Positions 1-10,793 are shown, counted from the first letter of the stretch. The stretch: 64,000 bases of DNA from Centroscyllium fabricii (GCA_051313645.2 JBNRSN020000295.1:124001-188000); one strand, 5' to 3'. Numbers and translations: made by a program. Notes: generated by a model from the letters alone, not told the origin.

Positions 1-432
1 ATATGTGGGGTTACGGGGATGGGGTGGGATTTGGGGGAGGGGGTGGGAGGGGGGTGCTGGGTTTGGATGATCAGCCATGATCTCATCAAAAATGGCGGAG
101 CAGGCTCGAAGGGCCGAATGGCCTACTCCTGCTCCTATCTTCTGTGTTCTGTGTTATAGTCCAACAGCTTGATTTGTAATGTGCAACATTTGACCTCTTG
201 TGACCCCACCTCATTGTTCTTTGATGGAATGTTTTCCGATTGGCCTATTCCTGCTCCTATTTCTTATGTTCTTATGTTTTGCTGACTGACCTGTTTGGAC
301 ACCATTCACACCTTTGATTGCTGTGATTGTCTCTCTGCCGAGGTGTGATGAAGGACAGCTGGAAAGGTTACCTGTAATCATCTAGCATTGTTTTCTGACT
401 ATATATGCTGTGCCTATGTGCATCTCTTCTCT

Positions 433-469
433 TTACCTGACGAAGGAGCAGCGCTCCGAAAGCTTGTGA
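433..469 (+). ncRNA. Minimal type I hammerhead ribozyme, copy 1
   Basis: TTAC-CTGACGA-A-GGAGC-AGC-GCTCC-GAA-A-GC-T-T-GTGA: stem I with one U.G pair, 5-bp stem II, palindromic AGCT stem III. Confidence 0.8.
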
Positions 470-791
470 TTTCAAATAAAACTGTTGGACTATAACCTGG
501 TGTTGTGTGACTTCTTACATTTGTCCACCCCAGTCCAACTGGTTTCTAGTTTGTTTTTTGTTTTTCATGCAGACCCCATCACTGCAACATTTGACCCCTT
601 GTCACCCCCCCCTGTCATTGTTCTTTGATGGAATGTTTTCCTAACTGACCTATTTGGACACCATTCACACTTTTGATTGCTGTGATTATCTCTCTGCCGA
701 GGTGTCATAAAGGGCAGTTAGAAGAATTACCTGTAATCATCTAGCATTGTTCTCTGACTATATATGCTGTGCCTATGTGCATCTCTTCACT

Positions 792-828
792 TCACCTGAG
801 GAAGGAGCAGCGCTCCGAAAGCTTGTGA
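792..828 (+). ncRNA. Minimal type I hammerhead ribozyme, copy 2
   Basis: TCAC-CTGAGGA-A-GGAGCAGCGCTCC-GAAAGCTT-GTGA; the variation falls on the free N7 position. Confidence 0.82.
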
Positions 829-1149
829 TTTCAAATAAAACTGTTGGACTATAACCTGGTGTTGTGTGACTTCTTACATTTGTCCACCCCAGTCCAACTG
901 GTTTCTAGTTTGTTTTTTGTTTTTCATGCAGACCCCATCACTGCAACATTTGACCCCTTGTCACCCCCCCTGTCATTGTTCTTTGATGGAATGTTTTCCT
1001 AACTGACCTATTTGGACACCATTCACACTTTTGATTGCTGTGATTATCTCTCTGCCGAGGTGTCATAAAGGGCAGTTAGAAGATTTACCTGTAATCATCT
1101 AGCATTGTTCTCTGACTATATATGCTGTGCCTATGTGCATCTCTTCACT

Positions 1150-1186
1150 TCACCTGACGAAGGAGCAGCGCTCCGAAAGCTTGTGA
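1150..1186 (+). ncRNA. Minimal type I hammerhead ribozyme, copy 3
   Basis: TCAC-CTGACGA-A-GGAGCAGCGCTCC-GAAAGCTT-GTGA. Confidence 0.82.
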
Positions 1187-1352
1187 TTTCAAATAAAACT
1201 GTTGGACTATAACCTGGTGTTGTGTGACTTCTTGCATTCATCCTATCACAGACCTTCCCTTTTGTTCTTTCAACCCCTCCCCCCTTTTCCCAGCCCCTAC
1301 ATTTGCTTAAAATCTTTTCCTGTTCCTGCTTTTTTCCAGTTCTGACGAAGGG

Positions 1353-1678
1353 ACAATTCAATTCAATTCAAGTTTTATTGTCATTGCAGAGTACTAATAC
1401 AATACAACGAGACGAAAACGCGATGCTCCCGAGAGTAGTGCAAATAAATTACATGCAAATTGCATACAGTAAAGTACATTTTCAGGTGTGCAGGTACCGG
1501 AGTTCATTTTTAAAGTTCAGGAGGCTGACAGCCCTGGGGAAGAAGCTGTTCTTAAATCTAGTTGTGCGGGTGCGAATTGATCTGTAGCATCTTCCGGAGG
1601 GCAGGGGGGCGAACAGACTGTGGCTGGGGTGTGTGGGGTCTTTAATAATGTTCAGAGACCTCCGTAGGCAGCGTTTGA
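1353..1678 (-). mobile_element. Rex1/Babar LINE 3' fragment inserted in a second Penelope-type hammerhead (duplicate at ~7844-8169)
   Basis: Peptide KDPTHPSHSLFAPLPSGRCYRSIRTRTTRFKNSFFPRAV and (TTGAA)n tail. Flanks rejoin as AGTTCTGACGAAGG...TCGTCGACCTGAAACGTTAACT. Confidence 0.8.
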
Positions 1679-1990
1679 GGTCGTCGACCTGAAACGTTAA
1701 CTCTGTTTCTCTCTCCACAGGCGCTGCCCGGCCCGCTGAGTTTCACCGGCATTTTCTGTTTTTATTTCAGATTTCCAGCATCTGCAGTATTTTCTTTTTG
1801 TGTTGTTGTAGTAATCCTGAGGCCTGGACTCCACAGTTCGTGATTTCAAATCCCACCCTCGATGGCTTGAGAACTTGAATTCATTAAAAAAAAAAATACC
1901 TTGGAACTAAAAAGCTGATCTCAATAAAAAGTGACTGGATTGTGGCATTTAGGGAATGTCCCTTCAGGGAAGGAAACCTGCCGTCCTTAC

Positions 1991-2017
1991 CTCGGCCTTT
2001 TGGCTAAGATCAAGTGT
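1991..2017 (+). pseudogene. U2 snRNA 5' fragment (nt ~8-34)
   Basis: Exact CTCGGCCTTTTGGCTAAGATCAAGTGT match to vertebrate U2; the rest of U2 does not follow. Confidence 0.85.
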
Positions 2018-2390
2018 GATTAATTATTCTTACGCTAATTGGCCTCGAGTTGCGAGAACTTGTTTTTCCGTTTTGGGTTGATCTTAGAGCTGGCTCCGGC
2101 CCAACGCCCCTTTGAAAAGCAAACTCTCTGACGTAAGAAAACTACTGGGCACTTGGTCTAAGCGTTAAACAAAGCTTTAATCAACTGTTTTACAACATGG
2201 AGGTCGAGTCGATTAGGTGAAAGCTTGGCCTGCAAGAAAAATGGCAGCGTGTGAGTGAGTGTGCAGCCGTGTGTTTGGCAGATGTGCCTGCCATAGTTGA
2301 ATAGCCGTTAATGTCTGCAAGGTGTGGGATGTGCGTGTGAGTTTTATGAGATGGCCATAGTTGTTGGATGAGTGTTGGGCATTTGGGTAT

Positions 2391-3010
2391 TTACACTGTC
2401 TGTGCACAGAGTGAGGTTGAGATGGTGGGATGTGGAGGTATTGAAAAGCAGGTACTCACCCTGGGCACCCGAGTGAGGTCGTTCAGCTTCTTATGACACT
2501 GAGTATGTGTCCTTGGCACCAGGCTCTGCGACGGCACGTGCTGGGCCAGCTCGCTCCACACTCTTCTAAACTCCCGGGGGCAATGGCCTCCCGCCAGTCT
2601 CTGCCAGGGCCCGTCGCTGTTCAACTGCGCCAACCAGAGCCACCAATGCCCGGTCGCTGAAGCGCCGAGCTCTCTCCCTGGGCCTCTGAGTATCCATCGC
2701 TAGTTTAAGCTCGATAATAGTTAGGTGTTTGCAGGCCGAGGTTCAAGGCTGCAATGAGCAGGGTGCGGCTGGGCAGCAAGATGGTCCCTCCCCTTTAAGA
2801 ACTGGGCGGGCGCCAGTCTGTCTGGCTTCCATGGTAACGGACATCGACTGAGCTTTGGTCGCGTTCTGAGGTAGCTCCTCGCTCCCCGACGTTAGCGCCT
2901 TGAGAGAGGTGTGTGGCGCCTGATGTCGCGCTCAAATCACCTCCAGGTGGCGAATTTTGTGCCCGGCCAATTTTAGCGCCCCAAAATGGGCAAAACCCCA
3001 TTTTTCCCCC
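2391..3010 (-). mobile_element. Degenerate PIF/Harbinger remnant with Myb/SANT-like ORF (duplicate ~8880-9500)
   Basis: Peptide WSELAQHVPSQSLVPRTHTQCHKKLNDL fits a Myb/SANT-like domain. The terminus (GGGGGAAAAATG on the minus strand) resembles the TIR of the MITE at 5448. Confidence 0.6.
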
Positions 3011-3225
3011 TTTGTATTTTAGCAACGCTGCCCTGGAGTTCAATCTTTCTTTCCGAGGACAATTTCCTCGTCTCCTTTCCTGAAACTGTTGACTCCTCGG
3101 CAGCGGAACACGGGAACAGGAGGAGGCCTTTCAGCCCCTCGAGCCTGTTCCGCCATTGAATTCATGGCTGATCTGAACCTTCATCCCATTTAACCGCCTT
3201 GGTTCCGTTACACTTATTACCCGTG

Positions 3226-3476
3226 TGTGGTAACCATATTACCACTTGTATATAGTTGTATATAGTTGCGAGTGCATTGTGTATGGAATACTGCATGTAA
3301 GGCCAGGTCAGCCACACCTCTAACTCCTCCCCTCAGGTGGGAGCTTATAGGTAAGGTCTGCCCTGCCCCCAGTCATTTTTGCCTTGTGTTCAACTGGAGA
3401 CTAGCTCCATCTTCAAGTTAATAAAAGCCTGTAGTTAAGGTAACTACTCGTCTTTCGTATTATTGACGATACGTCA
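3226..3476 (+). mobile_element. Solo LTR inside a CR1 3' fragment (duplicate 9715-9966)
   Basis: TG...CA ends, AATAAA, 5-bp TSD CCGTG (3221-3225 / 3477-3481). Confidence 0.85.
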
Positions 3477-3735
3477 CCGTGCCTGACAAAAATCTGCCGA
3501 TCTCAGTTTTGAAATTTTCAATTGACGCCCCTCCGCTCCCCCGGCCTCAACAGCATTTTCAGGGAGAGAGTTCCCGATTTCCACCACCCTTTGTGTGAAG
3601 AAGTGCTTCCTGACATCAGCCCTGAACGGCCTGGCTCTAATTTTAAGGTTACTCCCTGTTTTCTGGACTCACACACCAGAGGAAATAGTTTCTCGCTTTC
3701 TCCCTTATCAAATCCTTTAATCATCTTAAACACCT

Positions 3736-4020
3736 TGTGGTAAACCGTAATACCGTTTACCACCACCGTTACCCACTGTTGCACTGCACTGTACATAGTT
3801 ACCCGTAATACCGTTCGCCACCACTATTGTGTTGTATTGTATATAGTTACCTCTTGCCTCGGAGGACTCGGTCAGCTCCGGCTCCACCCACCTACTGAGG
3901 ATAAAGGCCTCATGCCATTTCCAGGACTCGACTGTGATATGACCGGTACTCCAGTTCTTTGCTAATAAAAGCCTCAGTTATATCTCAACTCAGTCTTTTG
4001 GTATAATTGATCGTGTATCA
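3736..4020 (+). mobile_element. Solo LTR, related family (duplicate 10226-10510)
   Basis: TGTGGTAA...TATCA, AATAAA, 5-bp TSD CACCT. Confidence 0.85.
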
Positions 4021-4531
4021 CACCTCAATTAGATCACCCCCCTCAATTTGCTATGCTCATTGGAACACAAGCCTACAGAGTATGGCCTCCAGAGTCTCCT
4101 GTTCCTCTCGGTTGGCCGTCCTTCTATGCGTGAGTGTTGACAGTGCTATTCTACTGCTGGAGGCACCTGAGCCCGGCCCTGCCCTCACCTGATGTCCAAA
4201 CACTGGCGGCGGGCGTCACTGGATACTCTTGGGGCGTTGAGGTCCAATAGTAGCAACCCAGCCTCTCCCTCAGCTGCGATCAGCAAGGGGTCATAAGAAC
4301 ATAAGAAATAGGGGCAGGAGTTAGGCCGTACGGCCCCTCGAGCCTGCTCCGCCATTAAATAAGATCATGGCTGATCTTCGACCTCATCTCCACTTTCCCG
4401 CCCGATCTCCATATCCCTTGATTCCCCTAGAGTCCAAAAATCTCTCGATCTCAGCCTTGAATATACTCAACGATTCAGCATCCACAGCCGTCTGGGGTAG
4501 AGAATTTCAAAGGTCGTCACAGAGGGCAGTG

Positions 4532-4804
4532 CAGGTCCGACACCGTTAATCCGGCACCGTCGGGACCAGGCCAGTGCCGGACGAGTGAAAAATCCGAACG
4601 ACTGAAGCTTCGGCGAGTGCATGCGCAGACCATTCAAAATCGCTGCCGCGCATGCGCAGACCATTCAAAATGGCCGCCGCGCATGTGCAGACCATTCAAA
4701 ATGGCTGCTGCGCATGCGCAGACCAGTCGGGGAGCGGCCCAGATTTGTGCCGGATGACTGAAGATTCCGGATTAACGGTGTACGGATTAAAAGTGCCGGA
4801 CCTG
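4532..4804. mobile_element. Tigger/pogo-like MITE with TGCGCATGCGCA and AAAATGGC internal repeats
   Basis: Ends CAGGTCCG...CGGACCTG followed by TA; interrupts a CR1 3' fragment. Confidence 0.7.
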
Positions 4805-5447
4805 TAGAGGCCAATTCATTAAATATATTCAAGAAGGAGTTGGATATATTTCTTAAGGCTAAAGAGATCAAGGGATATGGGGAGAAGGCAGGGACAGGGT
4901 ACTGAATTTGGATGATCAGCCATGATCTCATCGAATGGCGGAGCAGGCTCGAGGGGCCGAATGGCTGACTCCTGCTCCTATTTTCTATGTTTCTATGTAA
5001 GTAGCAAGGAGCCCTTAAAATGACATTAACGATGCCCAATTAAGGGCTCCTAATGAGCCTAACGAACAACCTCGCCGATGCCGGGCGGGACTGAGGCTGG
5101 TCGACCGGACACGCCGGGTGAAATTGACAAGCGGGCGGGAAGGCGGTGGGAGGGGTCGCGGACTCCCATTTCTGCTATTTTCGCTGCCGTCCCGCCCAGA
5201 AACCCACCTCATGGCCCGGGGAATATCCTGCCCTATGAGTTTCAAGCCTACCTCCTCAGTTGGGGAATTTTAAATCAATTAATTAAATACATTTGGAATC
5301 GAGAGCGAGTATCAACAACGGTGACCATGAAACTACCGGTCTGGTGTAAAAACCCATCTGGTTCACTGATGTCTGTTAGGGTAGGAAATCTGCTGCCTTT
5401 ACCCGGTCTGGCCGACGTGTGACTTCAGACCCTCAGCAAATGTGGTT

Positions 5448-6249
5448 GGGGGAAAAATTGAGTCGCGCCCCCTTTGGGGCACTAACTTCGCCGGGGCGCT
5501 ACTTTAGCAACTCCATGGCCGATTTTCCCAGGTAGCGCCCTGAGATGAAGGAGGGGCGTTACTGGAAGCGCCCCGTCTCCCTCTTGGGGCGCTACAAGGG
5601 AATAGCGAAAATGGCCGCCCGGCACCTCACCTTTAATTAGCACCGCCCCGGCTGTAGGTAGGCCCCCCTGACCCCATCGGACATAGTGCCCGGCGGTACG
5701 ACAGGGGCGCTACCCAAGATCGCGGCCGGGGCGTGGCCGGGACGCTGTGCACGGCGATGACATGGTGGCGCAGTGGTTAGCACTGCTGCTTCGCAATAAG
5801 GAGCTCCTGGGTTCGAATCCTGCTCGGCCCGGGACCTCTCTGCGTGGAGTTGGCATGTTCTCCCCGTGTTCGTGTGGGTTTCCTCCGGGTACTCCGGTTT
5901 CCTCCCACCACCCAAAGACATGCAGGTTAGTTGAATTGGAGATGCTAAAAAAAAATTGCCCATGAGCATGTGTGTGAGATATAGTTCTTAGAGTTGGGGG
6001 TGTCGGGGGATATGGGGAGAAGGTAGGAGGGGGGTACTGGGTTTGGATGATCAGCCATGATCTCATCAAAATGGCGGAGCAGGCTCGAAGGGCCGAATGG
6101 CCTACTCCTGCTCCTATCTTCTGTGTTTCTGTGTAGCACCGCGGGGCGCAAATGGTTACCGCCACCGCTAACCTCCCACTGAATTTCGCGGGAGGCGTTG
6201 CGGCGCCGTGCCCGGGCACTGGTTGCTTTGTGCCCCGAATATTTCCCCC
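5448..6249. mobile_element. Harbinger-type MITE with nested V-SINE
   Basis: TIR GGGGGAAA / TTTCCCCC, 3-bp TSD GTT; empty site reads ATGTGGTTGACTCC. Confidence 0.75.
5756..6135 (+). mobile_element. tRNA-derived V-SINE, subfamily 2 (also ~16260-16590 minus and ~56455-56822 plus)
   Basis: A box TGGCGCAGTGG, B box GGTTCGAATCC, V core GTGGGTTTCCTCCGGGTACTCCGGTTTCCTCCCAC, CR1-type 3' tail. Confidence 0.85.
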
Positions 6250-6656
6250 GTTGACTCCTAACTGTTGCTCAGTTGTCTCGCCACCTTATCGAGGGCAATT
6301 AGCGATGGGCAGGAAATGCTGGCCTTGCCGGTGATGCCCACATCCCAGGAACTAATAAAAAAACAAGGTGGGTGGTTGGTCATTACACACTGCAGATAGA
6401 TGCTGGAAGTCCCATGATTTCCCGGGAGGTTATCCGACAATAGCACAGGGTGAGGTTTCAGGAACTTCACAGAAAACTATTGGCAAGTATTTCTGTCTAT
6501 GCAAATCCAGCCACAGACAAGCCCAGGCCTGCTTGTTGCCAAGTGCTGCACAGATTATTCACCTTTTGCTGACTCTAGCGGTACCGTATATAATGGACTA
6601 ATAATCTCAACAGAGAGTTCAACAATTTCAGATCATAACCTCGGCCCCTTTATATA

Positions 6657-7005
6657 GCACTGTTGCCCCACAGCGCCAGGGGCCCGGCTTCAAATCCGGC
6701 CTCGGGTGACTATCTGTGTGGAGTTTGCACATTCTCCCCGTGTCTGCGTGGGTTTCCTCCGGGTGCTCCGGTTTCCTCCCACAGTCCAAAGATGTGCGGG
6801 TGAAGTTGATTGGCCAGGATAAATTGACCCTTAGTGTTAGGGCGATTGAATATGTGGGGTTACGGGGATAGGGTGGGATTTGGGGGAGGGGGTGGGAGGG
6901 GGGTGCTGGGTTTGGATGATCAGCCATGATCTCATCAAAAATGGCGGAGCAGGCTCGAAGGGCCGAATGGCCTACTCCTGCTCCTATCTTCTGTGTTCTG
7001 TGTTA
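6657..7005 (+). mobile_element. HE1-like V-SINE, 5'-clipped
   Basis: V core GGAGTTTGCACATTCTCCCCGTGTCTGCGTGGGTTTCC plus CR1 tail. Confidence 0.85.
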
Positions 7006-10000
7006 TAGTCCAACAGCTTGATTTGTAATGTGCAACATTTGACCTCTTGTGACCCCACCTCATTGTTCTTTGATGGAATGTTTTCCGATTGGCCTATTCC
7101 TGCTCCTATTTCTTATGTTCTTATGTTTTGCTGACTGACCTGTTTGGACACCATTCACACCTTTGATTGCTGTGATTGTCTCTCTGCCGAGGTGTGATGA
7201 AGGACAGCTGGAAAGGTTACCTGTAATCATCTAGCATTGTTTTCTGACTATATATGCTGTGCCTATGTGCATCTCTTCACTTCACCTGAGGAAGGAGCAG
7301 CGCTCCGAAAGCTTGTGATTTCAAATAAAACTGTTGGACTATAACCTGGTGTTGTGTGACTTCTTACATTTGTCCACCCCAGTCCAACTGGTTTCTAGTT
7401 TGTTTTTTGTTTTTCATGCAGACCCCATCACTGCAACATTTGACCCCTTGTCACCCCCCCCTGTCATTGTTCTTTGATGGAATGTTTTCCTAACTGACCT
7501 ATTTGGACACCATTCACACTTTTGATTGCTGTGATTATCTCTCTGCCGAGGTGTCATAAAGGGCAGTTAGAAGATTTACCTGTAATCATCTAGCATTGTT
7601 CTCTGACTATATATGCTGTGCCTATGTGCATCTCTTCACTTCACCTGACGAAGGAGCAGCGCTCCGAAAGCTTGTGATTTCAAATAAAACTGTTGGACTA
7701 TAACCTGGTGTTGTGTGACTTCTTGCATTCATCCTATCACAGACCTTCCCTTTTGTTCTTTCAACCCCTCCCCCCTTTTCCCAGCCCCTACATTTGCTTA
7801 AAATCTTTTCCTGTTCCTGCTTTTTTCCAGTTCTGACGAAGGGACAATTCAATTCAATTCAAGTTTTATTGTCATTGCAGAGTACTAATACAATACAACG
7901 AGACGAAAACGCGATGCTCCCGAGAGTAGTGCAAATAAATTACATGCAAATTGCATACAGTAAAGTACATTTTCAGGTGTGCAGGTACCGGAGTTCATTT
8001 TTAAAGTTCAGGAGGCTGACAGCCCTGGGGAAGAAGCTGTTCTTAAATCTAGTTGTGCGGGTGCGAATTGATCTGTAGCATCTTCCGGAGGGCAGGGGGG
8101 CGAACAGACTGTGGCTGGGGTGTGTGGGGTCTTTAATAATGTTCAGAGACCTCCGTAGGCAGCGTTTGAGGTCGTCGACCTGAAACGTTAACTCTGTTTC
8201 TCTCTCCACAGGCGCTGCCCGGCCCGCTGAGTTTCACCGGCATTTTCTGTTTTTATTTCAGATTTCCAGCATCTGCAGTATTTTCTTTTTGTGTTGTTGT
8301 AGTAATCCTGAGGCCTGGACTCCACAGTTCGTGATTTCAAATCCCACCCTCGATGGCTTGAGAACTTGAATTCATTAAAAAAAAAAATACCTTGGAACTA
8401 AAAAGCTGATCTCAATAAAAAGTGACTGGATTGTGGCATTTAGGGAATGTCCCTTCAGGGAAGGAAACCTGCCGTCCTTACCTCGGCCTTTTGGCTAAGA
8501 TCAAGTGTGATTAATTATTCTTACGCTAATTGGCCTCGAGTTGCGAGAACTTGTTTTTCCGTTTTGGGTTGATCTTAGAGCTGGCTCCGGCCCAACGCCC
8601 CTTTGAAAAGCAAACTCTCTGACGTAAGAAAACTACTGGGCACTTGGTCTAAGCGTTAAACAAAGCTTTAATCAACTGTTTTACAACATGGAGGTCGAGT
8701 CGATTAGGTGAAAGCTTGGCCTGCAAGAAAAATGGCAGCGTGTGAGTGAGTGTGCAGCCGTGTGTTTGGCAGATGTGCCTGCCATAGTTGAATAGCCGTT
8801 AATGTCTGCAAGGTGTGGGATGTGCGTGTGAGTTTTATGAGATGGCCATAGTTGTTGGATGAGTGTTGGGCATTTGGGTATTTACACCGTCTGTGCACAG
8901 TGAGGTTGAGATGGTGGGATGTGGAGGTATTGAAAAGCAGGTACTCACCCTGGGCACCCGAGTGAGGTCGTTCAGCTTCTTATGACACTGAGTATGTGTC
9001 CTTGGCACCAGGCTCTGCGACGGCACGTGCTGGGCCAGCTCGCTCCACACTCTTCTAAACTCCCGGGGGCAATGGCCTCCCGCCAGTCTCTGCCAGGGCC
9101 CGTCGCTGTTCAACTGCGCCAACCAGAGCCACCAATGCCCGGTCGCTGAAGCGCCGAGCTCTCTCCCTGGGCCTCTGAGTATCCATCGCTAGTTTAAGCT
9201 CGATAGTAGTTAGGTGTTTGCAGGCCGAGGTTCAAGGCTGCAATGAGCAGGGTGCGGCTGGGCAGCAAGATGGTCCCTCCCCTTTCAGAACTGGGTGGGC
9301 GCCAGTCTGTCTGGCTTCCATGGTAACGGACATCGACTGAGCTTCGGTCGCGTTCTGAGGTAGCTCCTCGCTCCCCAACGTTAGCGCCTTGAGAGAGGTG
9401 TGTGGCGCCTGATGTCGCGCTCAAATCACCTCCAGGTGGCGAATTTTGTGCCCGGCCAATTTTAGCGCCCCAAACTGGGCAAAACCCCATTTTTCCCTCT
9501 TTGTATTTTAGCAACGCTGCCCTGGAGTTCAATCTTTCTTTCCGAGGACAATTTCCTCGTCTCCTTTCCTGAAACCGTTGACTCCTCGGCAGCGGAACAC
9601 GGGAACAGGAGGAGGCCTTTCAGCCCCTCGAGCCTGTTCCGCCAATGAATTCATGGCTGATCTGAACCTTCATCCCATTTAACCGCCTTGGTACCGTTAC
9701 ACTTATTACCCGTGTGTGGTAACCATAGTACCACTTGTATATAGTTGTATATAGTTGCGAGTGCATTGTGTGTAGGATACTGCATGTAAGGCCAGGTCAG
9801 CCACACCTCTAACTCCTCCCCTCAGGTGGGAGCTTATAGGTAAGGTCTGCCCTGCCCCCAGTCATTCTTTGCCTTGTGTTCGACTGGAGACTAGCTCCAT
9901 CTTCAAGTTAATAAAAGCCTGTAGTTAAGGTAACTACTCGTCTTTCGTATTATTGACGATACGTCACCGCGCCTGACAAAAATCTGCCGATCTCAGTTTT

Positions 10001-10793
10001 GAAATTTTCAATTGACGCCCCTCCGCTCCCCCGGCCTCAACAGCATTTTCAGGGAGAGAGTTCCCGATTTCCACCACCCTTTGTGTGAAGAAGTGCTTCC
10101 TGACATCAGCCTTGAACGGCCTGGCTCTAATTTTAAGGTTACTCCCTGTTTTCTGGACTCACACACCAGAGGAAATAGTTTCTCGCTTTCTCCCTTATCA
10201 AATCCTTTAATCATCTTAAACACCTTGTGGTAAACCGTAATACCGTTTACCACCACCGTTACCCACTGTTGCACTGCACTGTACATAGTTACCCGTAATA
10301 CCGTTCGCCACCACTATTGTGTTGTATTGTATATAGTTACCTCTTACCTCGGAGGACTCGGTCAGCTCCGGCTCCACCCACCTACTGAGGATAAAGGCCT
10401 CATGCCATTTCCAGGACTCGACTGTGATATGACCGGTACTCCAGTTCTTTGCTAATAAAAGCCTCAGTTATATCTCAACTCAGTCTTTTGGTATAATTGA
10501 TCGTGTATCACACCTCAATTAGATCACCCCCCTCAATTTGCTATGCTCATTGGAACACAAGCCTACAGAGTATGGCCTCCAGAGTCTCCTGTTCCTCTCG
10601 GTTGGCCGTCCTTCTATGCGTGAGTGTTGACAGTGCTATTCTACTGCTGGAGGCACCTGAGCCCGGCCCTGCCCTCACCTGATGTCCAAACACTGGCGGC
10701 GGGCGTCACTGGATACTCTTGGGGCGTTGAGGTCCAATAGTAGCAACCCAGCCTCTCCCTCAGCTGCGATCAGCAAGGGGTCATAAGAACATA
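6850..10793. repeat. Copy 2 of the tandem duplication, truncated by the gap
   Basis: Colinear with 1-4303. Has two hammerhead monomers (cores at 7286 and 7645) and the U2 fragment at 8482-8508. Confidence 0.97.
7282..7677 (+). ncRNA. Two hammerhead ribozymes 359 bp apart (7282-7318 and 7641-7677)
   Basis: Same TCAC-CTGANGA-A-GGAGCAGCGCTCC-GAAAGCTT-GTGA motif. Confidence 0.8.

Larger units (their letters stand above)
180..1233 (+). repeat. Three tandem ~359-bp Penelope-type (pseudo-LTR / retrozyme-like) monomers
   Basis: CTGANGA cores at 437, 796 and 1154 (periods 359 and 358). A short inverted piece of the monomer end at ~155-175 matches typical Penelope-like architecture. Confidence 0.85.
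1..4303. repeat. Copy 1 of a large tandem segmental duplication (partner 6850-10793)
   Basis: Position 1 (ATATGTGGGGTTACGG) aligns to 6850 and 4303 aligns to 10793. Near-identical with scattered SNPs and small indels; copy 1 is 359 bp longer (one extra hammerhead monomer). Confidence 0.97.

Noticed and set aside
1991-2180. Functional U2 snRNA gene in a RNU2-like tandem array
   Set aside because: Only 27 nt match; the 5' end, Sm site and 3' stems are absent.
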